Assembly: GCA_014905635.1 (NCBI GenBank)
Contig: JABVCE010000013.1
Location: 496,001-560,000 of the forward strand
DNA length: 64,000 bases
Reading direction: 5' to 3'
Source: Scenedesmus sp. PABB004
Lineage: Eukaryota
In this document: in pieces, positions 1 to 12,810 of the stretch
How positions within the stretch are numbered: position 1 is the first letter of the stretch
How the letters are laid out: the number at the start of each line of letters is the position of its first letter
Made by a program: the position numbers and the translations under genes
The notes under the pieces: generated by a model
Database searches by the model: none
The model's input: the letters and a program-made list of their open reading frames with translations, nothing else
What the model was told of the DNA's origin: nothing

Positions 1-715
1 GCGAGCTCACAGACGACGTGAGCGCGCGCCGAGCGACGCCCGCGCCGGCGAAGCAGCGCGGGGAGCGCCGCGCCGCCGCCGGCGGCGGCCTCCCGACCAG
101 CCCGGACGCCCCGCCCTCGGGCGGCGCCGCCGCAGGTCGGCTTTGTGCGCTCCGCGCCGACGCTGGCAGCGGGGGAGATGTTTGACGCGGCCGCGGCGGT
201 GCAGGTCACGCACACGGTCGTGCGGCTCGTCGCCGGCGCCGCGGCGTGCCTGCAGCACCTCACGCTGCCGGAGCTGCTCGCGGCGGCGGGGCACCCCGCC
301 GCGGCGGGGCAGCAGCTGCAGGTGTGCATTCGCTACGCGCAGGTGCGGGACCCGTTCGTCCTGCTCCTGCTGTCGGACGCGACCGCGCTGCTGCTGCACG
401 GCGACGCGGCCGCGCGTCGCCTCGAGCTGCTGCCGGCCGCGCTGCCGGCGCTCGCGGCGGCGGGCTGGGCGGAGCCGGGGGCGGCCGCGACCGCGGCCTG
501 CCTCTACACCGACACCAGCGGCTGGCTCGCGGCCGCGGCGGGGCTCGCGGCCCGCCGCCGGGCGGGCAGGCCGCGGCGTCGGTGGGCGCGGCCGACGCGG
601 CCGCGGCCGCAGAGGCAGAGGCCGAGGCCGAGGCCGCGACCGCCGAGCGCGCGGCGGCGGCGCTGCCGCTGCCCAGCATGTACGCGGCCGTGCCGGGGCT
701 GGGGCCGCAGCAGCA

Positions 716-765
<50 letters not shown>

Positions 766-3700
766 ACGTGAAGATGGAGGAGGCAGCCCCGGCGCCTGCA
801 GCGGCAGGCGGCGAGGCGGCGGACGCGGTCGCCGCGGCCGCGGGCGACGCGGGCGCGCCGCCGCCCAGCGGGGACGAGGTGACGGTGATTGCCGTGCCGG
901 CGGCGGACGCCCCCGGCGACGCGGCGGAGGGCGTGGAGGGTGTGGACGAGGCCATGGCGCTGGCGGGCGCCGTGGGCGACGCGGCCGAGGCGGACGCCGC
1001 CGCCGCGGCCGGCGGCGCCGGCGCCGCGGACGCGCCCGTGCCGGAGGCGCGGGCGGCGAAGCAGGAGCCGGCGGAGGAGGCGCAGCAGGAGCAGGCGGGC
1101 GAGGCGGCGCCCGCGGGCCGCCGCGGCCGCTCACGTTTTGCGCGGTGTGCCGCGCCGACGGCGCGCTGCAGATCTATGAGCTGCCGGGCATGGCGCTGGT
1201 GTTTGAGGACGCCGAGGCGATGCTGGGGCGCGAGGTGGGCCGGGGCGGCGGGGATGCTGAGCTGCGCGCCCGCTGACCGCGGCCGCGGAGGCACCGCCCG
1301 TGGCGGACCTGCCCGTGCGCGCCCCGGCCCGCCCGCTGACCACCACGGGCGCTCCACGCGCCGTGCACGCGCAGACGCTCAGCCCGCACCGCCCGCCCGG
1401 CGTGGGCGACGACGACGACGGCGACGACGACGCGCCGCCGAGCCGCGTCGGCGAGATGCTGCTCGAGTGCTTTGCCGCGCCCAGCGGCGCCGCGCTCGGC
1501 GTGCCTGCCGCGGCCGCGCCGCTGCTGCTCATGCTGCGGGACAGCGGGGCGCTGCTGGTTTACAAGGCGCGCCGCTCGCTCGCGGGGCTGGGCGGCCGCC
1601 GCGGCGCGCGCGAGGGCCTCGCCCCGACGCTCGCCGCCCGCGCGCCGCCGGCGCAGGCCTTCAAGCCGACCACGCCCGGGCGCTCGCTCGGCTTCCGGCG
1701 GCAGCCACTGGACGCCGCGCTGCTGCCGCACGCGAGCCCCGCGCCGCCGCCCGCGCCGGCGGGCGCCGCGGGGCGGGGCCCCGCCGCGCCGGGCATGCCC
1801 GCCGCGGCGTCGCCGCCGGCGCGGCTCGTGCGCTTCGACGGCCTCGCCACGCCGCGCCTCGCGGCGCCGCTCGCGCCCGGCGGCGCCGGCGGCGCCGCCG
1901 CGCCGGCGCTGTGGTACTGCGGCGTGTTTGTCTGCGGCCCGCGGCCGGCCTGGCTCGTCGCGGCGCGCGGCGGGCTGGTCGCGCAGCCGGTGGACCCCGA
2001 GCTCGGCGGCGCCGACGCGTTTGCGCCCTTCCACAACGTCAACTGCCAGCACGGCTACATCATGGCCAGCGCGGCGGGCGACATGCGCGTGTGCAACCTG
2101 CCGCTGCAGGCGCGCGCGGCGCGGCCGCGGCCGCGCGCGTGGCGGCCGCGCGCCCGCGCGGCGCTCACCCCGCCCCGCCCCCGCCCCGCCCCGCCGCAGC
2201 TGCGCCTGGACCAGCCCTGGCTCGCGGCCAAACTGCCGCTGCGCGCGACGCCGCAGTACCTAGCCCCCTACCCCGAGGCGCGGCTGCTCGCGCTCACGAC
2301 GGCGCGCCTCTCCTCGCCACCGCGGCCGTTCCTGCCGGCCGAGCCGGGCGGCGACGCGGTCGCGGCGATGGCGTACGCGACCGCCGACGCGGCGGCCGCG
2401 GCGGCGGGCGTGGAGGAGCTGCACGAGCTGCAGCTGCTCGCGCCGCCGGGGTGCGGCCTCGAGACGGTCTCGTACATGTCGCTGTGGACCGCGGCGCGCC
2501 AGGCGGCGGCCAAGGAGGCCGCGGCCGCGGGCGCCGCGCCGCCGGGGCAGCCCGCGCCCGTCGCCGCGCGCGCCGCGGCGGCGCTCGCGGCCGCCGGCGG
2601 CTGGGCGGGGCTGCCGCTGTGGCGCTACGCGCTGCTGCCGGGCGAGGCCGCGGCGACGCTGCGGCACGTCGCGCTGTGCGAGGGCGGCGACGAGCGCGTG
2701 ACGCCGCAGCCCTACCTCGCGGTCGGCACCGCGAGCGCGCTGGGGGAGGACTACCCCTGCCTGGGCCGCGTGCTGCTCTTCCAGGTGCTGGTGGACCGCG
2801 TGTTCCGGCTCGAGGGCGGCAGCGAGACCAAGATCACGGCGCGCCTGGTGCGCACCGCCGCGCCCCACCGCTGCGCCCGCCGCCGCGCTGTCGGCGGCGC
2901 GCTCACCCGCCGCGGCGGCGCGTGCGCGGCGCGCCCGCAGGCGCTGCAGCGCGAGTTCCCGGGCCCCGTGACGGCGATCGAGTGCCTGCGCGGCTTCCTC
3001 ATAATGGGCGTGGGCAACCGCCTGGAGATGCACTACAAGCAGGCGCGGCGCCGCGGCACACGCGCCGCACCGGCGCGCGCGCGCGCGCCCGCGCTCGCCA
3101 CTGGCGGCGGGCGCGCCGCGCGCCTCTCTGACCGCGGTCGCGCGCGCGCCCCTGGCGGCCGGCCGGCGTTGCCCTTGGTAAACCCAACAGGGCAGCACGC
3201 TCGTCAAGGTCACGTTCATTGACACCGGGCTCCGCCCGCTCGCGGGCCTCGCGCTGGTCAAGGACTACCTGCTGCTCGGCCAGGCGGGGCTCAGCGCCGC
3301 GTTCATGCGCTACAGCGCGACGATCGACCCCGTCACGCGGTGCGCGGCGCGGCGCGGCACCGCGCGCGGCACAGCGCGGCACAGCGCGGCACAGCACGGC
3401 ACAGCGCAGCGCGCCGGCCGCGCGCCGCGGACCGGCCGCGCGCCGCCGACCGCGCCGCGCGCCGCCGCGCCGCGCGTCGCAGGCAGCGCCTGCCGCAGCT
3501 GTCGCGCCTGGGCGCCGACTTTGAGCGGCTCGACGCGTGGGCGGTGGAGTTCATGCCCAACGCCAAGAGCCTCGGCCTTGTCATGGCCGACGGCGGCGCC
3601 AACCTCACCGTGCTCGCGTACGACAAGGCGGTGCGACGGCCGCGGCGCGCGCGTGGGGTGCTGCCGCGGCCGGGCGCGGCGGCCGCGCCCGGCCGCGGCG

Positions 3701-4384
3701 GGCCGGCGCGGGCGGGGGAGGAGGGATGGGCCGACGCGCGCGCGCCCCGCCGCCGCCGCCGCCGCCGCCGCGTCAGGACCCGGAGAGCTGGGCGGGGCAG
3801 AAGCTGCTGCGCCGCGGCGTCGCGCACGTGGGCACGTGCGTGACGAGCTTTGTGCGGCTGCGCCTCATCGTGCCGGGCGACGCCGCCAACCGCCAGGCGC
3901 TGCTCGCGGCCGGCGCCGACGGCCGGCTGCTGCTGCTGGAGCCGTTCTGGGACGACGGCATGTTCCGCCGCCTCGCCAGCCTGCACGTGAGGCCCGCCGC
4001 GGGCCCGCGCCCCGCGCTGCCGGCTGGCTGGCACTGCCCCCCGCGCCGCGCACGGCGCGCGCGCCGAACCGGTCCCCACCGTCCCGCCGCCGGCCGTCTG
4101 GCGCGCAGGAGGAGCTGGTGTACCGCCTGCCGCACGCGGGCGGGCTAAACCCCAAGGCCTTCCAGGGCCGCTACGCGCGCGGCGGGCCGACGCACGGCGC
4201 GGGGTTCAGCGTCCCGCGCCCGCTGCGCCCCGCCGACAACGCGCTGCTGCAGGGCGACCTGGTGTGGCGCTACGCCGGGCTCGACGCGCGCGCGCAGGCG
4301 GCCGTCGCCGACGCGGTCGGCGCCGACCCGGGCGCGCTGCTCGCCGACCTGCGCGCGCTCGCCGAGGCCGCGGCGTTCCTGTGA
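1..4384 (+). CDS. CPSF1: Cleavage and polyadenylation specificity factor subunit 1 (CPSF160), multi-exon, 5' part outside window
   Basis: Spliced peptides VRDPFVLLLLSD, FAPFHNVNCQHGYI, YLAVGTASALGEDYPCLGRVLLF, GPVTAIECLRGFLIMGVGNRL, LPHAGGLNPKAF, LLQGDLVWRY match CPSF160 beta-propeller/C-terminal motifs; TGA 4382-4384. Two apparent -1 frameshifts (~551, ~1115). Confidence 0.92.
709..762 (+). repeat. (CAG)n poly-Gln tract in a CPSF1 insertion
   Basis: CAG run encoding [19 protein letters not shown]. Confidence 0.9.
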
Positions 4385-4651
4385 GCTGGCGCCACGGCGT
4401 TCCTGTGTGAGCCGGCGCCGCACTGGCGCGGTGCGCGCTGTTGGCGCTGCGCGCGCGACGCGCTGACCGCGCGCCGAGTAACGAGCGGCGTCCCTTCCGG
4501 TTGCCAAGCAAGCGGCTCAGCGCGCGTGCCCCCACGTGTGCACACCGACGTGATCAGCGACGACGCCACGCGCGCGCGCGCGCGCCGGCCAGGCGCGCGC
4601 CGCCAGCTGCGGCGCCGCGCCCGCCGGCGCCAGCACGCAGCGCGCGCACGG

Positions 4652-4653
<2 letters not shown>

Positions 4654-4694
<41 letters not shown>
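4654..4694. repeat. (AGC)n tract between the convergent CPSF1 and ACR 3' ends
   Basis: About 13 perfect units. Confidence 0.9.
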
Positions 4695-4695
<1 letters not shown>

Positions 4696-4889
4696 TAGCG
4701 CTGGGCAAGGGCATCCGGGGTCCTTGGTCGCGACAGTGATATATGGTACAGGCGCGGTGCGTGTGAGGTGCCGCGGCCGGCGGCAGTCAATCGCCCCCCT
4801 GCGATCCGCCGGTGCGTGTGCTGTACACAGTGCTGCTGCGGGCGCGGCGGCGGCGCGGGGCGCGGCGCGGCGCGCCGCCTGCCGCCGCC

Positions 4890-7502
4890 TCACAGCGACG
4901 CAAAGCTGCTTGGGCTGCCGTCCCACACGCGCTGCTGCAGCATGTAGAAGAACTTGGCCCCGCTGCCCGGCACGATGCCCGGCGGCCCCGCGGCGCTCGG
5001 CTTGGGCCCGGCCGCGGCGGCTGCAGCGGCGGCGGCGGCGGCGCCGCCGCCGCCGTCCGGGCCCTTGGCGCCCGCGCCGCCGCCGCCGCCGCCGAGCATG
5101 CCCGCGATGGCCGACGGGCTCACGCCCATGGGCAGCCCCTCGACGGGGCCCTGCAGCTGCCCGCCGCCGGCCTGGCACGCCGACTGGACCTTGCGCGGGT
5201 CGGGCGGCTGGCCGTGGGCGTCCATGACGTACAGCGTGTGCCCGTGGTCGGTGTACGCGCGCACCTTGGCGCGCGTGATCCACAGCCCCGCCTCGCGCCA
5301 CGCCGCGGTGAGGTCGGCGAGCCAGTTTTGGCCCAGGTGCGCGCCGTTGGCGACCGGCAGGTGCCGCACGTGCACCTGCGGCGCGGCGGCGGCGCCGCCG
5401 GCCGCGTCGGCGCGCCGCGCCCGGGCGGCCCGCCGCCCCGCGCCCCGCCCCGCCCCGCCCCGCGCTCCTCGCCACGCCGCGCATGCGCGCAGCGCCGCGC
5501 GCGCGCACCTTGAGGCCCTTTGGGAAGCGGCGCTGGATCGCGGCCTCGAGCATCACGCGCAGCTTTGTCGCCTTGGCGCTGTCCCAGAAAAAGTCGCCGA
5601 AGCGGGGGCGGATGTAGTAGAGCTGCACCGCGTCGGGGCCCTCGCTGTCGATCGCGCCGTGGTAGACGTCGTAGCTCAGGTCGCTCAGCGTGCACACCGT
5701 GTCAAAGAAGAGCTGTGCTCGAGGGCAGCGACGGCGGCGGCGGCGGCGGCGGCGGCGCGGGGTCGGCGCGGCGCGCGCGGGGCGGCGTGCAGGCTGCCAG
5801 CGTGCCACACCAACCACCTCCACCCACCCACCCGCCCACACACACTGCGCGCACCTTGTTGCGGTCCTTGCACTTGATGGTCACGAGCCAGTAGTTGAGG
5901 TGGCTGTAGTGCTGGATCGTCACATCGGGCCGGCTGTACTTCGGGCTCAGCAGCAGCCGCGCCTCCGCGCCGCCGCCGCCCGGCCCGCCGCACAGCTCGT
6001 CGCCGCCGAGCGAGTTGCTCGGCGAGTGCCCCGGCGGCGGCGGCGCGGGCGGCGCGGGCGGCGGCTCGCTGCGCACGATGTGCAGCTCCTGGCGCTCCTC
6101 CTGGCAGCTGCACGCGCCGCAGCGCCCGCCGCCGGCGAGCGAGAGGCCGCCGAGGCCGCCGTGCAGCTGCGCCGCCGACGCGCCGTAGTGCTGCGCCGCC
6201 GCGAGGCCGTTGGCGCCACCGCCGCCGCTGCCGCGCGCGGCGCCGTGCGCGTGCGCGTGCGGCGCCTCGTGGCACGCGCACGAGCACGCGACGCCCGGCG
6301 GCGCGATGCCCGCGGCGGCGAGGATGGCGTCCTTGTTGCGCAGCCACTCCTTCTCCTCCTCTTTGAGCATGAGCTGGTGCAGGCGGCGCTCGTAGTGAAT
6401 GAGGCCCTTGACCGGCTGCGCCGTCACGATGCCGTTGCCGCCGGCGTCCATCATGCCGTGGAGGAGCTGCTTCAGGCGCAGCAGCTTGCCCGCGTCGCGC
6501 ACGGGCGCGCCGCAGCCCTCGACGACGCTCACGACAAACGCGACGCGCCCGCTGTACGTCCACACCGCCGCGGAGCGCACATCGCAGCCCGAGTTGGTCA
6601 GCAGCTGCAGCACGTCGGCGAGCAGGCCCGACCGGTCCGCGCCGGCCATCTCAAACACGGTCGAGTGCTGCCAGACCTCGTCAAACGTCTCTGCCGACGC
6701 CTGGCGGCGCAGCGCGCTCGCGCCGCCCGGCGGGCCGTGCTGGCTCGAGTCGTGCTCGCCGTCGGCCTCATACTCCACGTTCAGCACCGCCTTGATCACG
6801 CGCAGCTTCGACTCGCTCGTCACCTTGCGCCCCTGGCGGCGCGCGGTGTGGTCGGCGCGCGCGGCGCGGCGGCGGCGGCGGCGGCGGCGGGTGAGAGGGG
6901 TGGGGGGCAGGGGCTGGCGCCGCTGCAACGCGGCCCGCCGCGGCCACCGCGCGCGCCGCCGCGGTGCCCCCCTCCGCGCGCCTGCTGCATCGGCCCCGCG
7001 GTCTCTGTGACGTGGAACTCGTCCACGAACCACCCGCCGTCGCTGGAGATGCGGGCGCGCTTGACGTTGAGGTTGAGCTCCGTGAGGCACTGCACGACCT
7101 CCACCAGCGTGCCTGGCCGGTTGGCCGAGTCCACGGTGATGATGGTGCGGTCGTCATACGTCTCGTTGTCGACCGTGACCTGCGCGGGGGCGCGCGGGCG
7201 CGCGCGTCGGCGCCCGCGGCGGCAGCGGCGGCGCCGGCGGCGCTGCCGCCCGCCGCGCTGCCCGCCGCGCCGCCGCCGCCCGCTCGGCGGCGCGCTTGCG
7301 GCGGGACCGCGGCCCCCGGCCGCGCGGGGCGCACGTTGGGCGGGTGGACGCGGAGCTCGAGCGTCTGGTGCTCCAGCAGCTCGCCCTCGCTCGTCACGCT
7401 GCTGTGCCGGCAGTTTTGGCTCTCCGCCTCGCGGTACTGCGCAAAGGTCTGAACGCTGGGGCTCTTCTTGAGCTCCAGCGTGCGCAACAGCAGCGTGTTC
7501 AT
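4890..7502 (-). CDS. ACT-domain repeat (ACR-type) protein, ~5 exons
   Basis: LELRVHPPNV|VTVDNETYDDRTIITVDSANRPGTLVEVVQCLTELNLNVKRARISSDGGWFVDEFHVT, GADRSGLLADV, HYERRLHQLM, VTIKCKDRNK|LFFDTVCTLSDLSYDVYHG: plant ACR family hallmarks; ATG at 7502. Confidence 0.9.
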
Positions 7503-7783
7503 GTCGCCTGCTGTTGGGGGCCGTCGGCCAGCGTTTTCGGGCCGCCCGGCCCGGCACAGCGGTCCCCGGCCCCGGAGCCAGGCGCGTGTGGCGCGGCAGC
7601 GGCGGCGCCGCGCTCCCCGCGCGCCGAGTCGCGGCGGCGGCACCAGGGCTCAGTGCGCCGCCAGGCGCCGCGCGGGCTCAGGTTGTTTATTACCGCTTGC
7701 TTCCGAGCCCGCAAGACGCACCCAGGTTATTCATTACCAGTGCATCGCCGCGCGCCGCCGCCGCCCGCCGCCGCCCCGCGCGC

Positions 7784-10700
7784 TCAGAGCTTGGCCGCGC
7801 CGCGGCCCTCCACGCGGCGCGCGGCGCTGCGCATCGTCACAAACTCCTCCGCCGCCGAGGGGTGGATGCCGACGGTCGCGTCAAACTGCGCCTTGGTCGC
7901 GCCGCACTTGACCGCGATGGCAATGCCCTGCATGATCTCAGCCGCGTCGGGGCCCACCCTGTGCGGCCGGCCACACGGTCGCGGCGGCGGCGGCGCGGGG
8001 CGCGTGAGCCGCGGCCGCGCGCCCGTGTCCCCCGAGGCCCTGCGCGCCGCCGCCGCCGCGCGCACATGTGCACGCCGACGACGCGGTCGCTCTCCGCGTG
8101 GACGAGCAGCTTCATGAGCGTGCGCTCGTCGCGGCCGCTGATGGTGTACTTCATCGGCTTGAACTTGCTCACATACACGTCAATCGGCCCCGACAGCTGC
8201 GCCACCGCCGCCTCCTCGCTCAGCCTGCGCGGGGCGCGCAGCGCGAAGCGCGGCGCGCGCTCGGCGCGGCGAGCGCGGCGCGGCGCGAGCCGGCGCGGCG
8301 CGGGCGGCGCGGGCGGTGCGCGGCGCAGGCGGTGTGCGGTGTGCGTGATTTGCGCGGTTTGCGGTGCGCACCCCACGGACGCGAGCGGCGGCTGGCAGAA
8401 GACCGCGCTCGCGACGTTCTGGTAGTCTGGCCGCGTGGGCGTGCCGCCGAAGCAGGTCTTGGCGAAGGCCATGCCCTCCATGAGCGCGACGGGCGTGAGG
8501 TTGATGCGGTCGGTCACGTCGCCGATCGCCCACACGCCCGGCACGCCTGGGGGGTGAGGGAGGTGAGAGAGCGCGTGAGAGGGAGCGCGCGAGAGGGAGC
8601 GAGGCGGAGCGAGAGGGCGGACAGGGAGCGGGAGGGAGAGAGGGAGCGGCGGCAGGGCTCGGGCCGGCGCGGCGCGGCTGCGAGGTGAGGCTGCGAGGTG
8701 AGGTGCGCACGCGCGCACCGGTGGCGGAGAGCTCGTCCACCTTGATCGCGCCCTTGGCGTTGAGCTCGACGCCCACCGCCTGCGCGCGTGGCGTGAGGCG
8801 CGTGGCGCATGGCGCGGGGCGCGCGGCACGTCGCGTCGGGCGCGTCGCGCGGGGCGCGTGGCGCAGGGCGCGGCGCGGGCATGCGGGCGCGTGCCCCCGC
8901 GGTGCGGCGTGTGCCCCCCGTCGGCGCACCTCGAGGCCGAGGCCCTCGGTGCGGGGGCGCCGACCGGTGGCCATCATGACCAGCCCCACGTCCATCGTCG
9001 TCTCGGCGCCGTCGGCGCTGGCGCGCACCGTGACGGTGAAGTTCCCATCCGCGTTCTTCACGATTCTGGGCAGGCGGCGGCGCGCGGCGGGGCGGGGCGG
9101 CGCGCGTCGGGGCGGGGCGCTCCTGGGAGCCCCCCCCCCCCCGGCGGGGGCGCTCTCGCGCGCGCGCCGCGCGCCGCGCGCCGCGCGCCGCGCGCGGGGG
9201 CCCCGCGCGCGCACTTGGTGGGCAGCTGCCCCGCGTGGCACACGACGCCGCGCTTCACCAGGTTCTCAGCCACCTGGCCGCGGCACTCCTCGTCAAACCT
9301 GCGGCGCCCCGGCGGCGGCGGCGGCGGCACGCGTGCGCCGTGGGCGCGGGCGCGAGCGGCGGCGCGCGCGCGTCCGGCTGCGGCGTCGGCGTGCGGGCCG
9401 GGGCGGGGGCGGGGGCGGGGGCAGAGGGGCGGGGGCGGGGCGGGGGCGGAGAGGCGGACCCACCCGCGCAGCGGCTTGTCCGCGCGGTACATGAGGTGCA
9501 CGTCGGCGCCGAGGCCCTTGAAAATGCCCGCAAACTCGACCGCGATGTACCTGGGTTCAGGGTCAAGGGTTTACGCCCCGGCGCGGCGGGCGGGGCGGCG
9601 AGGGCAGGAGGGCTCGTCGGCGGCGCGCGCGGCACGCGCGCGCGGGCGGCAAGAAAACGCTAAACCCTGCCCACCCGGAGCCCACGATCATCACGCTCTT
9701 GTCCGGCAGCGCCTCCAGGTGCAGCGCCTCGTCGCTCGTGATCGCATGCTCCGCGCCCTCGATCGGCAGCTTGGTCGCGTAGCTGCGGCGCGGCGTGGCG
9801 CGTGCGGCGGCGCGGTCGGCGCGGCGGCGGCAGGCGCGAGCGCTCCCCCCCTCTCCTCGTGCGCGCGGCGCGCACCCGCCGGTGGCGACGAGCACGTTCT
9901 TGGCGCGCAGCAGCTCCTCGCTGCCGTCGGGCTTGGTGACCTGCGCGCGCGCGGCGGGCTCGTGTGCGCGGCCCGCCGGCCCCGCCGCGCCGCGCGCCGC
10001 GCGGCCAGCAGGTGCGCGGGTGCGCGGGCGTGCGGGCGCGCGGCGTCGCGCGCCTTGACGGTGTGCGCGTCGACGAGGCTGCCCTTGCCCTCGTGGTAGG
10101 CCACGCCCGCGCCGCGCAGGAGGTTGACATACACGCTGTTGAGCCGGCTGATCTCCTTGGCCTTGTTGGCGATGAGCGCTGCGGCGGTGTGCAGGGCGCG
10201 GCGCGCCGGGGGTCAGCGCGCGGCGCCGGGGAAGGCGCCGGGGCTGGCAAGCGGCGCGGCGCGGCCGCCGCGTGCACGCGCGCGGCCTCCCTCGCTCACT
10301 CTTCCAGTCGTGCGGCGGGTGCGTCTCGGCCCAGCCGAAGCCCTTGGCGTCGGCAAACTCCTCGTTGAACGCCGCGCCGTACACGAGCAGCTTCTTGGGC
10401 ACGCAGCCGCGGATGACGCACGTGCCGCCCGCGCCTGCGCGGCGCGCGCGCGGGGGTGCTCGGGGCCGCGCGCCACGAGCGCCGCGGGCGCCGCGCCGCG
10501 CCGCGCCGTCCCAACATCGCCGCGCACCGCCGACGTCGCCGGAGGAGACGAAGCCAAACGGCAGCTCCACGACCGCGACCTTGGCGTTGAAGTACTGTGC
10601 GGCAAAGCGGCTCGCGCGCACGCCGCCGCTGCCTGCGCAGCGCGGGCGCCGCGGCGCCGCGCGGCGGCGCGGTCGGCGCCGGCCGCGGCACACGCTGGGT

Positions 10701-10874
10701 CCAGTGGCGGCCACCTCCCGGGCGCGCCGGCGCGGCCCGCCGCCAGGGCGCCAACCACCGCTCCCCCCCTCGTGCGCAGGCCGCGTGCCGCTGCAGGCGG
10801 CGCCCGCGCGCGCCGCGCCGCGCCGCACCCGCGCCGATGGTGACCAGGTCGTACTCGGTGGCCGACGTCGCCAT
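7784..10874 (-). CDS. GR: Glutathione reductase, ~13 exons; possible upstream in-frame ATG at 10991
   Basis: [34 protein letters not shown] (redox CxxxxC), [43 protein letters not shown]. Confidence 0.96.
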
Positions 10875-11271
10875 GGTGCGGGTCTGGGCGGCGGCCGCTG
10901 GGCGGCACGAGCCCCAGGAGCGAGCAGCGCCGGCGGCGCGCTGCAGCAGCGGTGCGAGTGCGATGCGTGTGGCGCTGTGCGGCGCGGGCATGCTCGGGAG
11001 GGCGCGGGCGCGAGGATGGGGCGCAGCGTGCGACGCGCGCGGTTTGCGTCTGCCGGTTGCGGCAGCTGGGCCGCCCAGATGCCGCCCACGCGGCGAGCGC
11101 GGCAAGGCGCCTGGGCGCACCGGCGTGGCGCGGCACCGCACTGTTCAGGACGCCCAAGCCGATCACTACCGCCAGGACGCCCGCCGAGCCCCGAACGCAC
11201 CACCCCCAGGCCGCACGTCTGCTGCTGATTGCGCGCGAGCCCGCCACCCGCCGCCCCGCCCGCGGGCGGCC

Positions 11272-11784
11272 ATGGCCGCGGCAGCGGAGTTCATATCCGA
11301 TGTGGACGCCTACATGGCGGGCCAGAGCTTCGAGACCAAGATCCTGGAGCTCCAGGAGGCGCTGCGGGGCTTCAAGCAGCGCGAGCAGGCGCTGCTGATG
11401 CGCAAGGCGCGGCTGTCGCAGCGCGCGCCCGAGATCCGGGCGGCGCTGGAGGCGGTGCAGGCGCTGCTGGCGCAGCGCGACGCCGGCGGCGCGGCGGACG
11501 TGGACTTTGAGCTCACGGAGGGCATCTTCGCGCGCGCCGCGCTGCGCGACGTGGGCAGCGTCAACCTCTGGCTCGGCGCCAACGTGATGGTCGAGTACGG
11601 GCTCGACGAGGCGGCGGCGCTGCTGTCGGCAAACCTGGAGTCCTGCAAGGCCTCGCTCGCCGACGCGGACGCCGACCTCGTGTCGGTCAAGGACAGCGCG
11701 ACGATCACCGAGGTCTCGATGGCCCGCGTGTTCAACTGGGACGTCGAGCAGCGGCGCGCGCAGAAGGCCGCCGGCAGGGCCTGA
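11272..11784 (+). CDS. PFD3: Prefoldin subunit 3 (VBP1-like), intronless, 170 aa
   Basis: [11 protein letters not shown] ... [11 protein letters not shown] ... [22 protein letters not shown] ... [14 protein letters not shown]. Confidence 0.95.
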   Translation: MAAAAEFISDVDAYMAGQSFETKILELQEALRGFKQREQALLMRKARLSQRAPEIRAALEAVQALLAQRDAGGAADVDFELTEGIFARAALRDVGSVNLWLGANVMVEYGLDEAAALLSANLESCKASLADADADLVSVKDSATITEVSMARVFNWDVEQRRAQKAAGRA

Positions 11785-11997
11785 GCCGCACGCCGTGCCT
11801 GCGCAGCGGGCAGCCCGCCGCGCGGCGCGCGCGGCCATCCGCTGCGCGCGCCCGCGGCGGGCGGGGGCCGCCGCCACGCGCCCGGCGATGTGCCGTGCGG
11901 GCCGAGGCGAGGCGAGGCGAGCAGCCGCCGCAGCAGCAGCTGCGGCGGCCGCGCGGGGCCGCCTCGGGCGTCCCGGACGCCGGCGGCGGGCGCGCCC

Positions 11998-12221
11998 GCG
12001 CTTGCAACAGTACGAGCTGCCGCCGACCAGCCAGCGCCAGCATGACCCGGGCGAGGCTCGCGTGCCCAGGCGGTGTGCCGGCACCGCCGGCACAGGCCCC
12101 GGCCGAGGTGCCGCTCGACACGGCGGCCCTGCTGGCGCCCGCGCCGGTCGGCGCCGAGCCCATGCCGACGCCCGGGGCGTACGGCGAGCCGGGGGCGCCC
12201 GGCGCGTACGGCGCACCGTGA
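11998..12221 (+). pseudogene. 3' remnant of a secreted 10-Cys family gene
   Basis: Encodes ...ARLACPGGVPAPPAQAPAEVPLDTAALLAPAPVGAEPMPTPGAYGEPGAPGAYGAP*; the last ~40 aa are identical to the C-terminus of gene 20422-21499; no signal peptide or 5' exons seen. Confidence 0.6.
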
Positions 12222-12810
12222 GCGGCTGCCGCCGCCGCCGGCGCGCGTGCCCGCGCGGGAGCGCCGCCGGCTGCACATCTGGCAAGGCGACGGCGCTGCG
12301 CCACCGGGCCACGCCGGGGGGATGGCTGTAAGCCGCTCGATGCTCGACGCCGCCGCGCCCCGCCTGTCGCACAGCGCAGCGCGAGCCGCCGTCGGCCGCG
12401 CCGCCACGGCCCTCCGCCGCCCGGCCTGGCTGCGGCGCCCGCCAGGCCACGACGTGGGGGCGCGCCCCCGCGCGCCGGCGGCGCCCCCTGCGCGATCGCC
12501 AGCCGCCGCCGCCGCCGGCCGCCGCCGCCGCTGGCCGCGCTGGCCGGCCCGGGCGGCGGCGCCCCGCGGGCGGCGCCGGGGCAGTGCGCGTCGTTGCAGG
12601 CAGCACCGGCCGCCGGCGGCGGGGCGTCCGGGCCGTGAGCGCCGGGTTTAGGGCTGTCCCACGGGCGCGCGTCACCGCGCGTGAGCCGGTGTGCGGGCAT
12701 GCCGCCGCGCCCGCCGCGTGGCGGTGCAGAGCTCGACGCCGCGTGGCTCCATGCGCGCGCGCAGCGCCAGCACGCAGCTCCGGGGCCCGCTTTTGCTCAC
12801 AACGCGACCC
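12095..12810 (+). repeat. Inverted repeat arm A (~715 bp), partner at 19854-20548
   Basis: Near-identical reverse complement of 19854-20548 (shared GGATGGCTGTAAGCCGCTCGATGCTCGACG, GGGTTTAGGGCTGTCCCACG, TTTTGCTCACAACGCGACCC) with small indels. Confidence 0.93.
12327..12331 (+). promoter_or_regulatory. TGTAA chlorophyte polyadenylation signal inside repeat arm A
   Basis: Exact TGTAA; first such motif seen downstream of the PFD3 stop. Confidence 0.45.
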
